From the human T2T-CHM13v2.0 reference genome, Homo sapiens, in NCBI RefSeq assembly GCF_009914755.1, contig NC_060928.1: 64,000 bases of DNA, one strand, 5' to 3'. The notes beneath the pieces were generated by a model. That model did no database searches. It was given only the letters and a program-made list of their open reading frames with translations, and was not told the DNA's origin. This document shows, piece by piece, positions 42,561 through 59,130 of the stretch. How positions within the stretch are numbered: position 1 is the stretch's first letter; the number at the start of each line of letters is the position of its first letter. A program made the position numbers and the translations under genes.

Positions 42561-43769
42561 TAACCCAACCTCCCCAAAAGACTGAGCTCAGTTTTAGCTT
42601 CAAAACTGAAAAATCTCTAATGCTGTAGATACCTTTTTATACATTTGGAATTTGTTTAGGTTGTAGGTTGTAGAGATAGGGATGACCTGGATTTTCTTTG
42701 CTTAACTGTTGCGGGCTGTGGAGGCTACAGAAAGAGTAAAGAGAAAGTAGTGAAGATTCTAGCTGAGGTTGGAGAAACTGATCTTTCAGAGTCCCTTGGG
42801 CAAACCTTTACAGAAGGCAGCTTTAGTGTAATATGATTTGGTTAACTACCAAAACTAGGGATTTTTTTTTCCCGTGCTTTTTTTTTCCTTAACTTTCTTC
42901 TTGTCCGTGTCTTACTAGTTTTATGTCTACAAAGATAACACATTTGTAAGACTTTGTGAATTCTCTTAGCATTTTTAATAATTTATTTGAGTAACTTTGA
43001 ACTCTTTGAAGGAGAGGCCATCAACCTCAAAACATAAATAAAGTCTATGTCTGTTTGAATTATTCTTTTCCTTTATTACTTGAGTTCCTTACTTGAATTC
43101 AATTAATTACTTGAATTCATTTTCCCAGTTTGCCACTTCTTACTAGTGTCTGAAATATGTTACATGAACATATTTTCCTAAATGAAAAGTCTTTCTAGTT
43201 ACTCATTAATTCTGATCATTCAGTCAAGCATTCACTGAAACCCTAGCACATGCCAGGCACTCTGCTTGGCTCTGAGCAATAGTGGTAAACTTTGATACCA
43301 TCCCTTCCCTCACACAGCTTATGGCCTCAGGGCTGTGTCACATAGTAACTACTTACATGGGTGATTTTAGTGTGTGTATGACTGATTGGGAATCTAACTA
43401 CTGTAAATAAAAGAATCTGCAAAAATTTTCTTGCAGTTTTTTTCCAGTGTATGATTGGTTAATTGTCTAATGATTCTTTTGAAATACTTCGTAATAGTTT
43501 GTTGACATAAAATTGAAATATAACTGTGACTATTATATAACATTTAGCCTAATATTCCTTGCTTATTTGAAATAAAGTTTAGGTTGCTTTTTGAAGTGAA
43601 TATTGAACAGGTGTCATTTCTTAAGCTTTTCCCAAATATTTAATTCGCAAAGTTACAGGTCTTGGTTTTTGCAAATAGTTTACAATAACTCTTGCTTATA
43701 TACAATATTCCTTAAAATGTTTCTTATTAAGGAAGGCCTGACACTAATTTTCCTTTTTTGTTCTTTTAG

Positions 43770-43821
43770 GAATGTTTTAAAGGAAGTTGGGCTACTCACA
43801 AGTTACTACATAAGAAAGCAA
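43770..43821 (+). CDS. METAP1: METAP1 coding exon 2
   Basis: Acceptor ttcttttag|GAA. Encodes ECFKGSWATHKLLHKKA plus 1 nt. Donor A|gtaagt. Confidence 0.97.
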
Positions 43822-46800
43822 GTAAGTACAATCACAAATTTTTACACCATTTGTCTTAGAAGTGGCATTTGTGCCAGAAAACAAGAATTCTTCTAGTTCT
43901 GAAAGTGTATATTTGAATGTTCTGAAAGTATAATCCTGAATACTAGAATTATGACATATTTTAAATTTTTGTGATATGTAAATAAAATATGTCTGGATAA
44001 TATCTTAATCTTGTATTACATATTTAACATGAAAACATGAGATAGTTGTTAGTATAGATGGATCTTGCTTGAGCCATACCTGATGATGCTGTCATCTTTT
44101 GACACACTGTTATGTTGCTGGAAGTGTTTGCATATTGTAGTCAGGGATTATGTGAGTGATTTGGCTTCATTTAACCAGATTCCTTTTGGTTTCTTTTAGT
44201 TTCAATTTGTATTGCTTTTTCTACTCAAAACTATATTACTTTGTTTTTTGGTGTTTTAATGTTATTACCTGCAGTCTTATGTTTAATTTTCTTTTTTGAA
44301 GTTTTTTGTGTGACACTACAAAGTAAAACTATTAGCTGCTCCTTAGCTATTACTGTCAGCCACACTGATGTAGCTGAGATTCACATTGCCTTTTTTGCTC
44401 CAGCTAATTTATCCTGTAAATTCATGTCATTAGTGTGGCTGGTTTAAGACAACCTGTCACAGTTGCCTGAAAGTTGACAAGGGCTTTCTGTTCTATATAG
44501 CATTGCCATCCTGATGGATCAAAGCTTGATTTAATTTGAAGTGGGAAATAACATGGTTATTTATTTACATTGTTCTTGGTATAAGGTTTCTGTTTCTACA
44601 TACCTGATCTTGGTGTCTTATATTCATCTACTTGTGTATTTTTTTTTTAGGAGTTAGCTGATTTAATGAAGTTTGAATGTAGTGTGTTTTTACCAAAACA
44701 AATCTAATTGAGGTCAGCCAAACCACCATTTGAAGGAACAGGGAAATACAAATTTTAAAAAGACAAATTTTCTGTAGTTGTATAAAGCGACATCTACATT
44801 TAATGGACATGCTAGGCTGTTGTGGGAGAAATGTGGTTAGAGATGAGGAAAAATGATGTGACTCAGTGTAAGTTTATCAACGCATAAAAGACAGGACTTG
44901 TTGATTTGTTACCTCTGTCAAAATTTAGAGATGGATTTAAATAATCTCACTTAACTATATTCATTCATGCATTACATACATCCTGTGTTTCTAATGTGTT
45001 AGGTATTTTGCAGAGCTCTTTGAGCCAGTTACTAGCATTTTATACCCAGGAAGTTAAAAGCATTGGTAAGTAATAAAGGGTTGAGGTTAAACAATATGTT
45101 AGTAAAAAAGCTTAAAATCGGCCTCTCCCTCAGATTTGCTAACTCATTGATGTGTGCCTGTTTCTTCAATACTGGATATTTAGGGGCAGGGCTATTTCCT
45201 TTTGACTTACACTACAAGGGAATAAACAGCAAGTGTTCCCTATGTAAAAAGAAGGTGATTATTACAACACTGGATTTAGGCTATTTGCATTTTTACTTAC
45301 ACCTCTAGTGTTTAGTATGGTGCCATCTTGTAGCTATTGCTCTGTTGGATCTTTTGGGATAACTTTTTTCAGTGGATGAGCCTGCTGTTCTTAATCCCTT
45401 TGGCTGTGATGGATAGAGATCATCCTTAGGTGGCCAGCTCTGTATCTTTCATACCCTAGTAAGTTGACCACAGTAAATTTTGAGTGACAGTCCTAGAGGG
45501 AGGGAATGGTGTGGGGAAGGGTGATCTCCAGAGACAAGAAGAGTATTAGGAAAAGCATTGGGGAAACAGAATGTTGCACTAGGAAGGAACCAATGCATCT
45601 TTAAAGTTAGCACTTCAGTCCAAGAAGTGATAGTGAGATAACACATAGCAAGCATTTCTTGTCATGGAGACGATATAGTTAGGTTTTTTTTTTTTTTAAG
45701 TATAGTGTCTACTGATCTCTGATTAATATTCATATGGAATATTGATCTATAATTTGCTTTTAATATATTTGACTGGTTTTGGTATTGGAGCAATTCTGGA
45801 CTCTTAAAATAAAATGGGATATATTTCCCACTTCTGTTTTCTAGAAGAGATTATGTAGAATTGATATTATTTCTTCTTAAATGTTTGATAGAATTCACCA
45901 CTGAAACATCTGGATCTGGAGTTTGCTTAATCATAGAAGCTTAATTTTCTTATGCAGGCCTTAGGAAATTTTCAAGTGAGTTAAATAAATGACTCAAAGG
46001 TAGTTTTTTTTTTTTTTTTTTTTTTTTACTTGTCATATAGTAAAGAAGACCATTCAGATGGTAAAGTCCTTAATTAAAAGCACTTAATGCTGATTCTTGG
46101 GTGCATGTTTTTTATACTGTGTCTTCTGTCACAGTGTACCTTAAGCAGCATTTACTTTTAGTATTATCTGTAGAAGTTGTAGCATTTCACATCTCAAGAC
46201 TGTATTATTGTACACTTTTTAATGTATCGCTGACATATTCAGTGTGTTTGTTTCTCATTTTCCTGAAGTAAAGGTGGAATAATTTGACAAGTATCTTGAA
46301 TAGCCAAAATTAAGGTATAAAAGCCGCATTTAATAAAAGAACTCTAAGTAATACTTTTTCTTCCACTCCCCTACCCATTCACACTAGTGTGCCTGATTTT
46401 TGGATTACAGAGAGAAGGTGTTATGTAATGTCTTAAACTGGCTCCACCAAACTTTGTGACCGTGGGTTATTCTAAGTCTCACCTCCAAGATGCTGGAATC
46501 ATAGGTTTGTGTGAGGATTAAATAAAGAAATCCATGAGAAGTGCTTAGCATGTGTACCATGCATAGTAAGTACTCAAAAACTAATAATCATCTCTGGAAG
46601 ACTTGAGTCAGAATTTTGATCAGAAAATCCTGTCCCATGCAAAGCTTAGACATCTGTAGTTATTTTGTGTCAGCTGACCAGAGGAAGCAGCCTGCATACA
46701 ACTTTTTAAAGAATAAAGCCTGACTGTGATGAACTTTGGGCCAGACCTTGCATGTATCACGTACTTATGACACTACCTGCATTTTACCTGGGACTGTTGC

Positions 46801-47113
46801 ATTGTGATGTTTGGAAGACAGCTTACAAATGTATATTTATACTGCCCTGTTGTTGTACAGTCTTTTCAAAAAGACTAGTTATTATGCAGTTGTGCTACCA
46901 TCATCAGCTCAATTCAGATTTGTTAATGGTCTGTTAATCTGGTTAGCACCTAAGGCTCAGATCAAATTGATCCTAAAATGTAAACGAATTTTCTTTTCAA
47001 GTGTGAATTTTCCGTTAAGTAAATTGTACCTAGAGATGAGAGGAGAACTTGCCATATTCAACTTTAGTTGTCTTGGTAGTTTTGGGTTATATTATTTGTT
47101 TGCTTTACATTCG

Positions 47114-47432
47114 TTTTTTTTTTGTTTTGTTTTGTTTTGTTTTTTTTTGAGACAGGGTGTTCCTCTGTTGCCCAGGCTGGAGTGCAGTGGTGCAATCATG
47201 GCTCACTGCAGCCTTAACCTCCTGGGCTCGAGCAATCCTTCTATTTCACCTCAGCCTTCCGAGTAGTTGGGATTACAGGTGTGCACCACCATGCCCAGCT
47301 AAGTTTCGTATTTTTTGTGGAGACGGGTTTTTCCATGTTGTCCAAGCTGGTCTTGAACTTCTGAGCTCAAGCAGTCCACCTGCCTTGGCCTCCCAAGTGC
47401 TGGTATTACAGGCGTGACCTGCTGTGCCTGTA
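47114..47432 (-). mobile_element. AluJ
   Basis: Diverged dimer with (TTTTG)n tail. Confidence 0.87.
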
Positions 47433-49068
47433 CCTAAATTCTCTTTTGAATATAAACTGTGGAAGGGTAAAATCCAGAGCAACAGGAAGCTTTAAAGGAT
47501 TTTTACACCCTCACCTTCTCCTGTTCTCCTCCCCAGAAGTATGCTAGTGCAAAAAGCCTGCGTCTTGATTGCTTTTCTCTCCTAGGTTTTGGGAGAAAGT
47601 TATTCTTGAGGTTCATGTTTCAGACAAAATCACTTGATGCACTTCATAGCTGAAGCAGGCTCAGTTGGCCCCCATTTTGAACTGTTTTCTGTCATGTTTG
47701 ACCCAACTAGCAGTGAATGAAGTTTGTTTTTGTCCTGTGAGGAGAAAGTTTTCCTATTGATATTAACATTCACAGTGGCTTTCTTGAATTCCAGAGGGGA
47801 GAAAGATATTTTAAAATTCAATAGCATGGTATCTTTCTATTCCTTTATATGTGATAGTATAAATATATTCTTTTCCAAAGTAATATGAATGGATTTTCCA
47901 TATTTTTGCATTCTTGTCAGTTGTACCTTAAGGGCCTTTCCAGAGTTAGCCACATGCTCTTTAAGAGTACTGGACGGGGGCTGGCATTCTTGTGTCACAG
48001 CTCTTGTGAACCACACAGTCTCTGTTTCCTCATATGTACAATAAAGAAACAACACTATATTGTCTTTAAGATCCTCTCTAAGTTTAACATTTTAAGATTC
48101 CATCTAGTTTCCTTCATTTTGTATTTTAAATAGATTGTTTAAGAGGGGAGTTTTATTTTTTTTTTTTTCGGACACTTCTAAAATCAAGTTTGAAGTTTGA
48201 CTTTTAAAACCTATGGTAGAATGACAATAATCAGGAAAAGGTCTGAGTGCACTGGGAGATGTTTAGGCCAATACTTGGTCTACGAGGGACTTGTATTCCG
48301 GCTACTTAAAGTCTTATTTTACTATGTGGATAAGAGTTTTATTTTACTATGTGAATAAGAGGTGCAGCCAGTATGTTGACATCACAGGCACCAAAGAGTG
48401 TCTTCTGTGTGAGTAGAATTCTTGCGTATATTTCAGTCAGCACACATAGATTAATAACTGACACGATTGTGTGTATGGATATGATTCTTAATTTTTCTGC
48501 TGAACTTTAAACAGACCGTTCCCTCCCTTGTCTTTGCCTTTTTCCTGCCTCTTTCCTTTACCCCTTTCTGAAAAGAGGCAAATGATGATCATAAAGTTTT
48601 CAAAGCAATTTGAAATATTGACTTGAAAGCAATTGATCAGCTTTGTGAGAAATAATTATTTTTGATTTTGAATTTGCTTTGGGATTACTTGGGATCTGTT
48701 CTTTTAGTAAGAACATAATTTATTTGTAACATCTGACCTCAGTTGGGTAGGTTTTACTAGGGCTTATGTTTCATATTTTAAAATGGGCTTTCTATAAATT
48801 GATGTGGTCAGAATACATTTAGAAAAGCTGTCTATGACCTGTTCTTGTTCGATATTATGTAAAAACTTAGTATATGTTTACATGGAGTTTTTTCTTCCAA
48901 GACCTTTAGATCTTCAAAAAGGAGTTATAAGGGTTTTGAATATAGCAGTAAAGCAGTTGCTTTGGTGATTTAGGTTAAGGTAAAAGTTTGGTGGATTTTT
49001 GTGCCTGGACTTGTTGGCTTGGTTTTAAACAAGAGATATTCAAAGTATGCTGCTGCTCATTAGCTTGA

Positions 49069-49254
<186 letters not shown>

Positions 49255-49526
49255 TAAGGTAATAAAAACAACATTCCAATTTTGAATTTTCCAAAAATGA
49301 TACTCGTAATTTGTTTTCCAGTAGTGAATCATATAATCAGGATTGTGTTTACAAAGGAACTCGAATTTTAGCTCTTGAGCTCTTACGGTGCATCATTTGG
49401 GAGCTGGTAGTTTGGCAATCATGGAAGAAGTGGGAAAAATTTTAGATGAAAGAACTAAAACTTTTAAAAAGAAGTGTAGGGTAAGGTAGAATAGATATTT
49501 TGTTGCTGGCATGATGGTAGTGTGTA

Positions 49527-49686
49527 CAGTCGTCCCTCGATATCCATGGATGATTGGTTCCAGGACATCCTCACTCCCCATATAGTTACGAAAATCCACT
49601 GACGCTCAAGTCCCTTAAAGTCAACCTTCCGTATCACAGATTGTGCGTCAACAGATGCAGAACCAGGAGATATGGAGGACTGACTG
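49527..49686. mobile_element. MER2/MER8-type Tigger MITE
   Basis: TA|CAGTCGTCCCTCGATATCC ... GATATGGAGGACTGACTG|TA: terminal inverted repeats with TA duplication. Confidence 0.75.
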
Positions 49687-50302
49687 TATTATACTTTTCT
49701 AAAATTATTTTATTATGATATATTTCTCCCTTAATTTAGATATGGCTTTTCTGCCACTCTTTTGCCTTCCTCTATTCTTGGCAGATAGGACTTGGAGTCT
49801 TAATGTAAGAATTCATTCAAGTTGAAATCTGTTTGTCACCCTTAAATATTTAAATTCTCTTTACTGATGATTTTCTTTTTATAAAAGGAATACATCTTTA
49901 ATCTTTAAAATTTGGAAAAATAGGAAAAGCATAACAAAATCTCCTTAATTCTGCCTCCCAGAGATAATGACTAGGAACATGTTGGTATATATTTACTTTG
50001 AGACATCATTTTATTGTTGTTAGCTTGCCAATTTGTTTGGAATAACATGGGTGTCTTGTTATTAGTCTCTGTCTAATCTTAAATCCTTAATGGCCTTGGC
50101 CACTTTCCCCCTTTCTAAATACCCTGCAAAAGGGGTGGCATTACCACTAGGAAAAGTAAAGCATAATCTTAATGAAATATATATCTGTTATAATATTTAA
50201 GATGCCATTTAAAACTTCTAAAAACTTTTGAATGGACTTCTTTCTCCCCTCGTTTTATTTATTTTTCGTTGGTAAATCAGTTTTAACTAACTTTGTTTTT
50301 AG

Positions 50303-50407
<105 letters not shown>

Positions 50408-51549
50408 TGATGACTACTGCAAAGGGAAGGAATGCTTTTCTTGTAGAAATTTTTCAGTGCTGGACTTCTAATAAATGTGTTTTCAAGCACCATTAGAACA
50501 TTGAAGAGAATTAAAGATTCTTGCCCCCATTAGAAATCTACCTACCTCTGAAAACACTATGTAGCTGTTAAAGACTATATTTAAAATAATACTGTATTTT
50601 ATGTTGTTATAACAACTTCTAGACTTACTAAAAAACAGTTTTTAATTTTAATATTCCCTCCTATCTAAATTAAACAATATCTATTTAGGTAAAGGCAGAT
50701 GGTAGAGGCCTGAGTGAATGCATAACTAAAGACTTTGGACTGTAACATTAACAGAAGTAGTAATGGTGGTGATAGTGATAGTAATGATGAGAATGATATG
50801 ATGATGATGGTTCTCTAATAATAACTGGTATTTATTTTTGCTTAACTATGTGTCAGGCACTGTGCTAAGTTCTTTGCACGTGTTACTCCATTTAACACTT
50901 TCAACACTGCTGAGGTAGGTTCTGTTGTCTTCTCCATTTTTATAGATAATGATACTGAGACACCCAGCGAAGATAGGTAATTTGCAACACAGGTCAGTGG
51001 AACAATCTCTGACCTTAAGGCCTGTACACATAATTAATTTAGACTTTGTGAAATTACTGATTTTGCATGTCAAAGAAGGTCGACTCTCAGCAATTTTGTG
51101 TGGTTTTATCTAGCAAGCTAAGCTATCCTTGCTTTGTTCTCTAAGAAGTGGGGAACTGTATTACATAACATTCTTATGAATATCATTTTTAAATTTTAGT
51201 TAAACCCTACTATTTCAGAAAAATTTAAGGGAAAGATAGTCTAAATGATAGCCTACTGTTGAGGATGTATAATTTCATTATTTTTCTATTTAATCTTAAA
51301 TGTAGTATTAGCTTGTATTTTAGAAAAACAATCATAGACAAGGTAAATTCTAACAAATGTTATGCAGTGAAAGTAAGTTCTAGTCCTTAGAGGTAACTGC
51401 TATTCACCTTTATGTACAGAACTTTTCAGAACTATTCTATATATGTAAACACATTAGGACCCCGTCTCTGCCATCTATACACAAATGGAAAAAACTATAT
51501 TTACCTTTTCACCTTGCTGTATTCACTTAATATGTCTTACAAATGTGTC

Positions 51550-53570
51550 TTATAAAGCCACCTCCTTTTTAGTGAATGAAGGTTATGTGGATGTATCATA
51601 TTTCTTAAGCCAGGCTTTTACTACTGAGTGTTTAGATCATTTCGAGGTTTTTGCTTATTGTAATTTGACTGCAAATTTGTTGCAATTTGACTGCAGTAAC
51701 TACTCTTATATTTATATCTTTGTCCATGTGTCAAAGTATTTCTGTAGGTTGATAGTCTAAAATAGGTGGATCAAAGGATATATACATTTTTGATTTTGAG
51801 AGATATTACAAATTTCAGAGATTTTTCCAGTTCCATTAAAAATACATGGATGTCTCTTTTCTGCTATATTTTTCGCAGCATAGTGTGTTACAAAGCTTTA
51901 TGATCTTTGCTAATCTGAAAGACGAAAAATGTTATTTTGCTATTATTTTAATCTGCATTTTAAAATTATGAGTAAGGTTGAGCATCTTTTCATATATTAA
52001 AGTCATTTATATTTTCTTCCCTTTTGAAATGTTTATTCATATCCTTAGCCTTTTTTTCCCTGTTAGAGTACTAGTTTTTTCCATATTGATTTATAAATGT
52101 TCTTAGTATATTAACGAAAATAACCTTTTGATGTATGTTTTTAAAACTGTTTTTTACCAATTGACCGTTTGTTTTGTCATTACATTTATTACAGATTTTG
52201 AGTATCCTAACATAGTAAAATTTATCAGTGTTTTATTTTACAGTGTGTATGGCTCTATGACCTAGAAAGACCTTTTTGGTGCAGAAGTTATAAAAAAATA
52301 TTCCTATGTTTTCTTCTAGCATTTTTATGGTTTCAGTCTTTTTTATGTATGATAAAAATCATTTGTATATCTGAAACTTACTTGGCATAAGGAGTTAAAT
52401 AGGGATGCAACTTAATTTTTTTTCTCAGAAGGATACCTGGTTATTATATCACCAGTTATTTAAAAAATCAGCCTTTCCTTATTGATTTGAAGTGCAACCT
52501 ATATTGTTGTATTATGTTCTCACATGTCTTTAGGTCTATTTCTGGATTCTATTCTGTTTTATTAACCCATTTGTCTAATCATGTACCACTGCCAAACTTT
52601 TAATTATCATAGCTATATAATGTTTAATATTTGGTAGGCCTTGTTGCCCCTACCTTTCCTCTTTTTCAGAATTTTCCTGGCTATTCTTGCATGTTTGTTT
52701 TTCCATGTGAAATTTAGAATCAGCTTGTCTGGTTCTCAAAATTATCCTGTTGACATTTTTTTATTGGGATAGTATTAAATTTATAGATTAATTTTGGAAG
52801 AATTGACATCTTTACAATATTGAGTCTTCCTGTCCAGGAACAGGGTATGTTTTTAAAGTTTTATTTGACTCCTTTTATGTCTTTCAGTGGTGTTTTCAGA
52901 TTTTCTTCATGTAGGGATTTTATTGTTAAATTTATTCCTGGGTACTTCATCTTTTTAGTTGTTTTTGTACATAATAGCTTCTGTATTTTTTAGCTGATTA
53001 TTTGTATGTGGGAAAGTTATTGATTTTGATAAATTTATCTTAAACAATATGCCAACTTGCTGAATTTGTATTTATGGTCATTTACCAGGTGATTCTTCTG
53101 TTCTAGAGATACATAATCACATCTGAAATTGATAAGAATTTTGTCCTTTCTTTTCTAGTTTTATATGTTTTATTTCTTTCTCTTGTTTAATTGCATCTGC
53201 TAGTATTGCCAGGACAGTGTTAAATAATAGTGCCGATAGTGGGCATTCTGTAATGTTGGTTCTCAGTTTGAGATTTATATTTATCATGTCAAGGTGGTAG
53301 CTGGCCATGTTATCAGAATTAACTTTCCTTCTAGATGATTATTTACTTTTACTTTATTTATGAATGATGAATTGGATGAATAGATTTGTCAGTATTGAAC
53401 TATCCTTGCCTTCTGGTATGAATCTCACTTGCATCCTGATGTATTAAGTTTTTTTGGATTCTGTTTGTTAATATTTTTATTTGGAATTTTTCCATTAGTA
53501 CTTGTAAATAAGATTAGTTGACATTATTTTTGTTAGATTTTGAGTTAATTGCTATCCTGGCTTTATTACT
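51550..53570 (-). mobile_element. Highly diverged L1M (L1ME-like) fragment
   Basis: ORF2 remnant ECPLSALLFNTVLAILADAIKQEKEIKHIKLEK; T-rich antisense L1 character. Confidence 0.7.
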
Positions 53571-54224
53571 TTTCATGTATGTAAAACTTGAAGCTAACAA
53601 ATTTTATTAGTGAAGATTTTTAGGGCAATATTTTTAAAACTTTTTTGAGTATGACTCAGAAATGGCTTTTATAACGTGATCTTTGTATGTGTATATAAAT
53701 AAAGATTTCATGGCAGCACTTATTCCTACTCCGTATAATACGAGTATAATACTTTGTTATGCCATTTTAATATTTTCTGTCCCATTTATTTACTTTTAAA
53801 AAATGTTAAGTGTAGCCTAATAAAAGGTCACAAACTGGAGATTGAAAAACACTTAACTTTGGTTCCTGTTTCAGAAAATAGTGTAATTAATTCATCAGTT
53901 GTTGATGTATAATTGCTTCATGAGATGATTATGAAAGTAATTTGTAAATTCTGTGGTACTTTTCAAATGTATATCATTTACTGAGTCTGATTATCACACG
54001 GCCTGGCATATAATAAGTACTCTATAAGTATTGGCTGATTTCTAATAGGTCTGAAAATTTATCCTTTAGAATTTTTTCTTCAGTTGGTTTAGCGAGTTTC
54101 CCTTTGATGTTGAAAATGTTTTTTTTTAAAAATCTAACCTAGACCATCCCAAATCATGAATTACTGTTGTGTGAAACAGTGAGACTACTGTTTTTATGCC
54201 ACAGGTTTATAATTATGCAAATAA

Positions 54225-54416
<192 letters not shown>

Positions 54417-54488
54417 TAGACATGAAGTCAGTGGTTTGCTGATTTATAAAGATAGCAAATGTTATATTGTTAGACTGACCAGCCATGC

Positions 54489-54929
<441 letters not shown>

Positions 54930-55377
54930 TAGCCATGCTTTTCATTAAACTATTGTTAGTATATAATTTTAGTCAACAGTTTTCTTCTTAAAAGCCTATT
55001 TCAGAATTAATCTGGTGGATAGTCTATATTTAGATGACAATCCTTTTCATTTATTTAATGATATTTAAAAACATTTTGTCATTTTATTTTCACAAGTCAT
55101 CATAACATAGGACAGAGTTTAAGGCTCAGAGGGTTATGCTGTAGGCCTTTTTGTGAAATACCTATGATGAGTGGTAGTAGTGGTTGGTACTCATTAGGTG
55201 AAATCACATATTTATTCTGAAGGAAAATATAATACATTGATATTATTCATTTAAGTAAGATTCTTAAGGTTTCTATTCAGTGCTTTAAAAGTGATTTGAT
55301 TCTAATTTTGTTTGATATCCTGGAGAACTTTCTCTTCCTATGACTTGCTGTGATTCTTTGAGGAATTCATTCATCTA

Positions 55378-55613
55378 TTTTTTTTTTTTTTGAGACAGGG
55401 TCTTGCTATCACTCAGGCTAGAGTACAGTGGCACAATCATAGATCATATAGATCATAGCTCATAGCTTACTGTAACTCCAAACTCCTGGGCTCAAGCTAT
55501 CCTTCCACCTCAGCCTCCTGAGTAGCTGGGATCACAGGCATGTGCCACTACACCTGACTACTTTTTTTTTTTTTTTTTTAAGAGACAGGATCTCACTATG
55601 TTGCCCAGGCTCA
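55378..55613 (-). mobile_element. 5'-truncated AluJ
   Basis: Right arm and part of the left arm, with a local ATCATAG duplication. Confidence 0.8.
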
Positions 55614-55756
55614 TCTGTTCTTTTTTCTTTTCCTCTACTTTTCCCCATTATAGAAATGAGAGAAGACTACCTCTATCAGTTGATGATAGTTTAGATTTCT
55701 TAGGATGTATATTTTCACATAGAAATCAGCCAACCTTACTGCTGCTTGCTTGTTAA

Positions 55757-56056
<300 letters not shown>

Positions 56057-57680
56057 TAATTTTGTTACATTACTAGATGCTTTGAACTTAAACATTAAGT
56101 AGATTTAAGTTCTGAGTGTCTAAGGTAACTTGGGTAAACTCATTTGAAAGCAAATTTTTGCTTTGTTTCAAATATGGAAAACATTCAACAGTCATTATTC
56201 TCATCTTTAAGAATCTATAATATTAAGGTCTGAGGTAAGCTTGAAATATCTTGTTTCTGAAACAACATATTTGTAATAAGCATTTCAGTTGAGCTTTTAT
56301 AAAATGATTGATTTTATCTGCTTTAAGTAAATCCTGCCACTACAGACATCAAATATTCTGAAATAAAAAAAAGAATATGACTTCTGATGGTAGATTAGTT
56401 AAATGTTTCCTCAAGGCAATGAACAGTCCACATAAATATTTGTAGTAAGTATAGGGATTAAAAATAAATAAATAAAGATTGTCTGCCCATCAAAGAGAGA
56501 CCTTAAGACTTTATTAGATGAGTGTACACATTATATGAATTTTAAAAAAAAGAGTGATAAGTAGTTAATATAACATATGGAAAGCAGATCACACGTGTTC
56601 TAGTAAACAAATACAAATTATAAAGACCTAGTAAATTTGTATTTTAAAGATGTTTATATGCATTGCTTGTGTGGAAATGATGAAACTGGTCCTCTCTTCT
56701 GCTTGGTGATGGTATTGTAAATTGGAAGAACCCTTTTGGAAGGATTTGACAATCTATCTTGAGCTATGAAAATGTTTATAAATTTTTTATTCAGAATCTT
56801 ATTAATCCTGACTTTTGGGTATTGTTTCATATGTTAGTATAAGACGTATCGTATGCAATAATAGCATTTTGAGTATGCTCTGTGGGCCAGGTACTCAAGT
56901 GCTTCTTTTACATTAACTCATTAATCTTACCAACAACCTCTTGAGGGTAGGTACTATTGTAATCTCCGTTTTATAGGTAAGGAAACTGAGGAAGAGAGAG
57001 GTTAATTAATTAAATTGGTAAAAGTTACACAACTTGTAAGTGATGGAATTGGCATTTTCAATCTAGAAAGTCTAATTCTGTATGCTCTGAACTATTATTT
57101 GTAATGCTATGAGAAGTAGAGAAGTATATTCCTAAATGAGGGAAAAGCCACAAATGTAGTTATTGGTTGTAAGATTTTTTTTTTTTTTGTAATTGAGGAA
57201 ACTTCATATTAATTTAGATTTTCAGTAAGAATGGAATTGCTAGTAAAATCATGGTATATTCTGCATATTCTGCAAATGGTATATTGTGCAACCATTAAAA
57301 AATATTAGCCTGAAGACTAGAGCAGGTTGGAAACAGAAATTACGTATACTGTGATTACCACTGTGTAAAAGCATCCAGTAAAGTAAGACTTGTTATGGAG
57401 AGCAGACCATGTTTTTCTGTTAGGAGTTCTTTTGTTGTTCCACTGAATGTGGTTATTAAAATATCTGGAAGTACTTTACCGTTTCTTAATTATACTAGTA
57501 GTCATTTTTGGGGCATAGTGATATAGGCTTGTTTCAACATAAGAATTATAATTACATCAAAAATGCTTGTTAATATTTACTTCAAATATTTTATTTTTAC
57601 TTTAACATTTTTCATAAGGACTAGTTAATTCTAAAGTAAAATCTTCATATGTGGTAATATTTATATATATATTTGTTATA

Positions 57681-57908
57681 GAGGTTGAGTATCCCTTATC
57701 TGAAATGCTTTGGACCAGAAGTGTTCTGGATTTTGAATTTTTTTGGATTTTGGAATATTTGTATTATACGTAACTGGTTAAGTGTCTGTAATTTCAAATT
57801 TGAAATTCTAAATGCTCCAATGGGCATTTCTTTGAGTGTCCTGTCGGTGTTCAGAAAGTTTCAGATTTTGGAGGATTTCAGATTTTTGGATTAGGAATAC
57901 TTAACCTG
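57681..57908. mobile_element. Tigger4a (Zombi) DNA transposon
   Basis: TA|GAGGTTGAGTATCCCT ... AGGAATACTTAACCTG|TA inverted termini. Confidence 0.78.
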
Positions 57909-58151
57909 TATGTCATTTTACTTTTCCTTTGTGCAGTTACCAGTAAACTGGTTTGTGTATGTGTACCTGACTGGCACAAACCCTGTTGTATATTGTTTAA
58001 GATAATATCCAGTACTGTTACTAAAATAAAATACTGAGTTCTTCATAGTAGCATGTGTCCAACTGTTTTCACATTTTTCAAATTTTAAAATCTGTAATTT
58101 CATACAGATTTTTTCTTTTATATATTCCAAATTATTTTTTCTGTATTATAG

Positions 58152-58421
<270 letters not shown>

Positions 58422-58824
58422 TAACTCTTAAATCTACAGGAAGCTCTCTTAACGGTTTTGTGCATGTTGCTTTTAAGATACTTCCGGTGTGATGTGTTTG
58501 GTGCAGTGTATTTCTTTAATGCTTATCTCATATGTGATTGGTAAATAGGTCAAAGATGTCAGTGAAATGTGGAGTCTAGTTTTTTTCCCCCAGAAGTTCA
58601 CTAATGGTTTTGAAGAGACCAGGGCAGGCTTTGTTATAGATACAGGAAAACCCTTCATAATATATGAAGACCTAAAGGAAAGCTGAAAATCTTGCAGAAG
58701 TGCCTTACTTGAGTGGAAGTAGCTTTAAAGACCCCTATGTTAAGCTACCTTGGGAAGTTACAAGTATAGAGAGTAGAGGAAGTAGTTTAAAAGACATTAA
58801 TGAAGGCTTTCCTAGATGGCATTT

Positions 58825-59130
58825 GTTTTTGTTTTGTGTATTATTTTATTTTTTGGAGACAGGGTCTCACTGTCACCCAGGCTCGAGTGCAGGGGCGCCA
58901 CCATGGCTCACTGCAGTCTTGACTTCCCTGGCTCAGGTGATCCTCCCACCTCAGAAGTAGATGAGACTGCAGGCTCATTGCTACCATGCCCAGCTCAGTT
59001 TTTGTATTTTTTGTAGAGATGGGGTTTTGCCATGTTGCCCAGGCTGGTCTCAAACTCCTGGACTCAAGCATCTGCCCACCTTGGCCTCCCAAAGTCTTGG
59101 GATTACAGGCATGAGCCACCGTGCCTGGCT
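58825..59130 (-). mobile_element. AluJ
   Basis: Dimer; TSD TAGATGGCATTT. Confidence 0.88.
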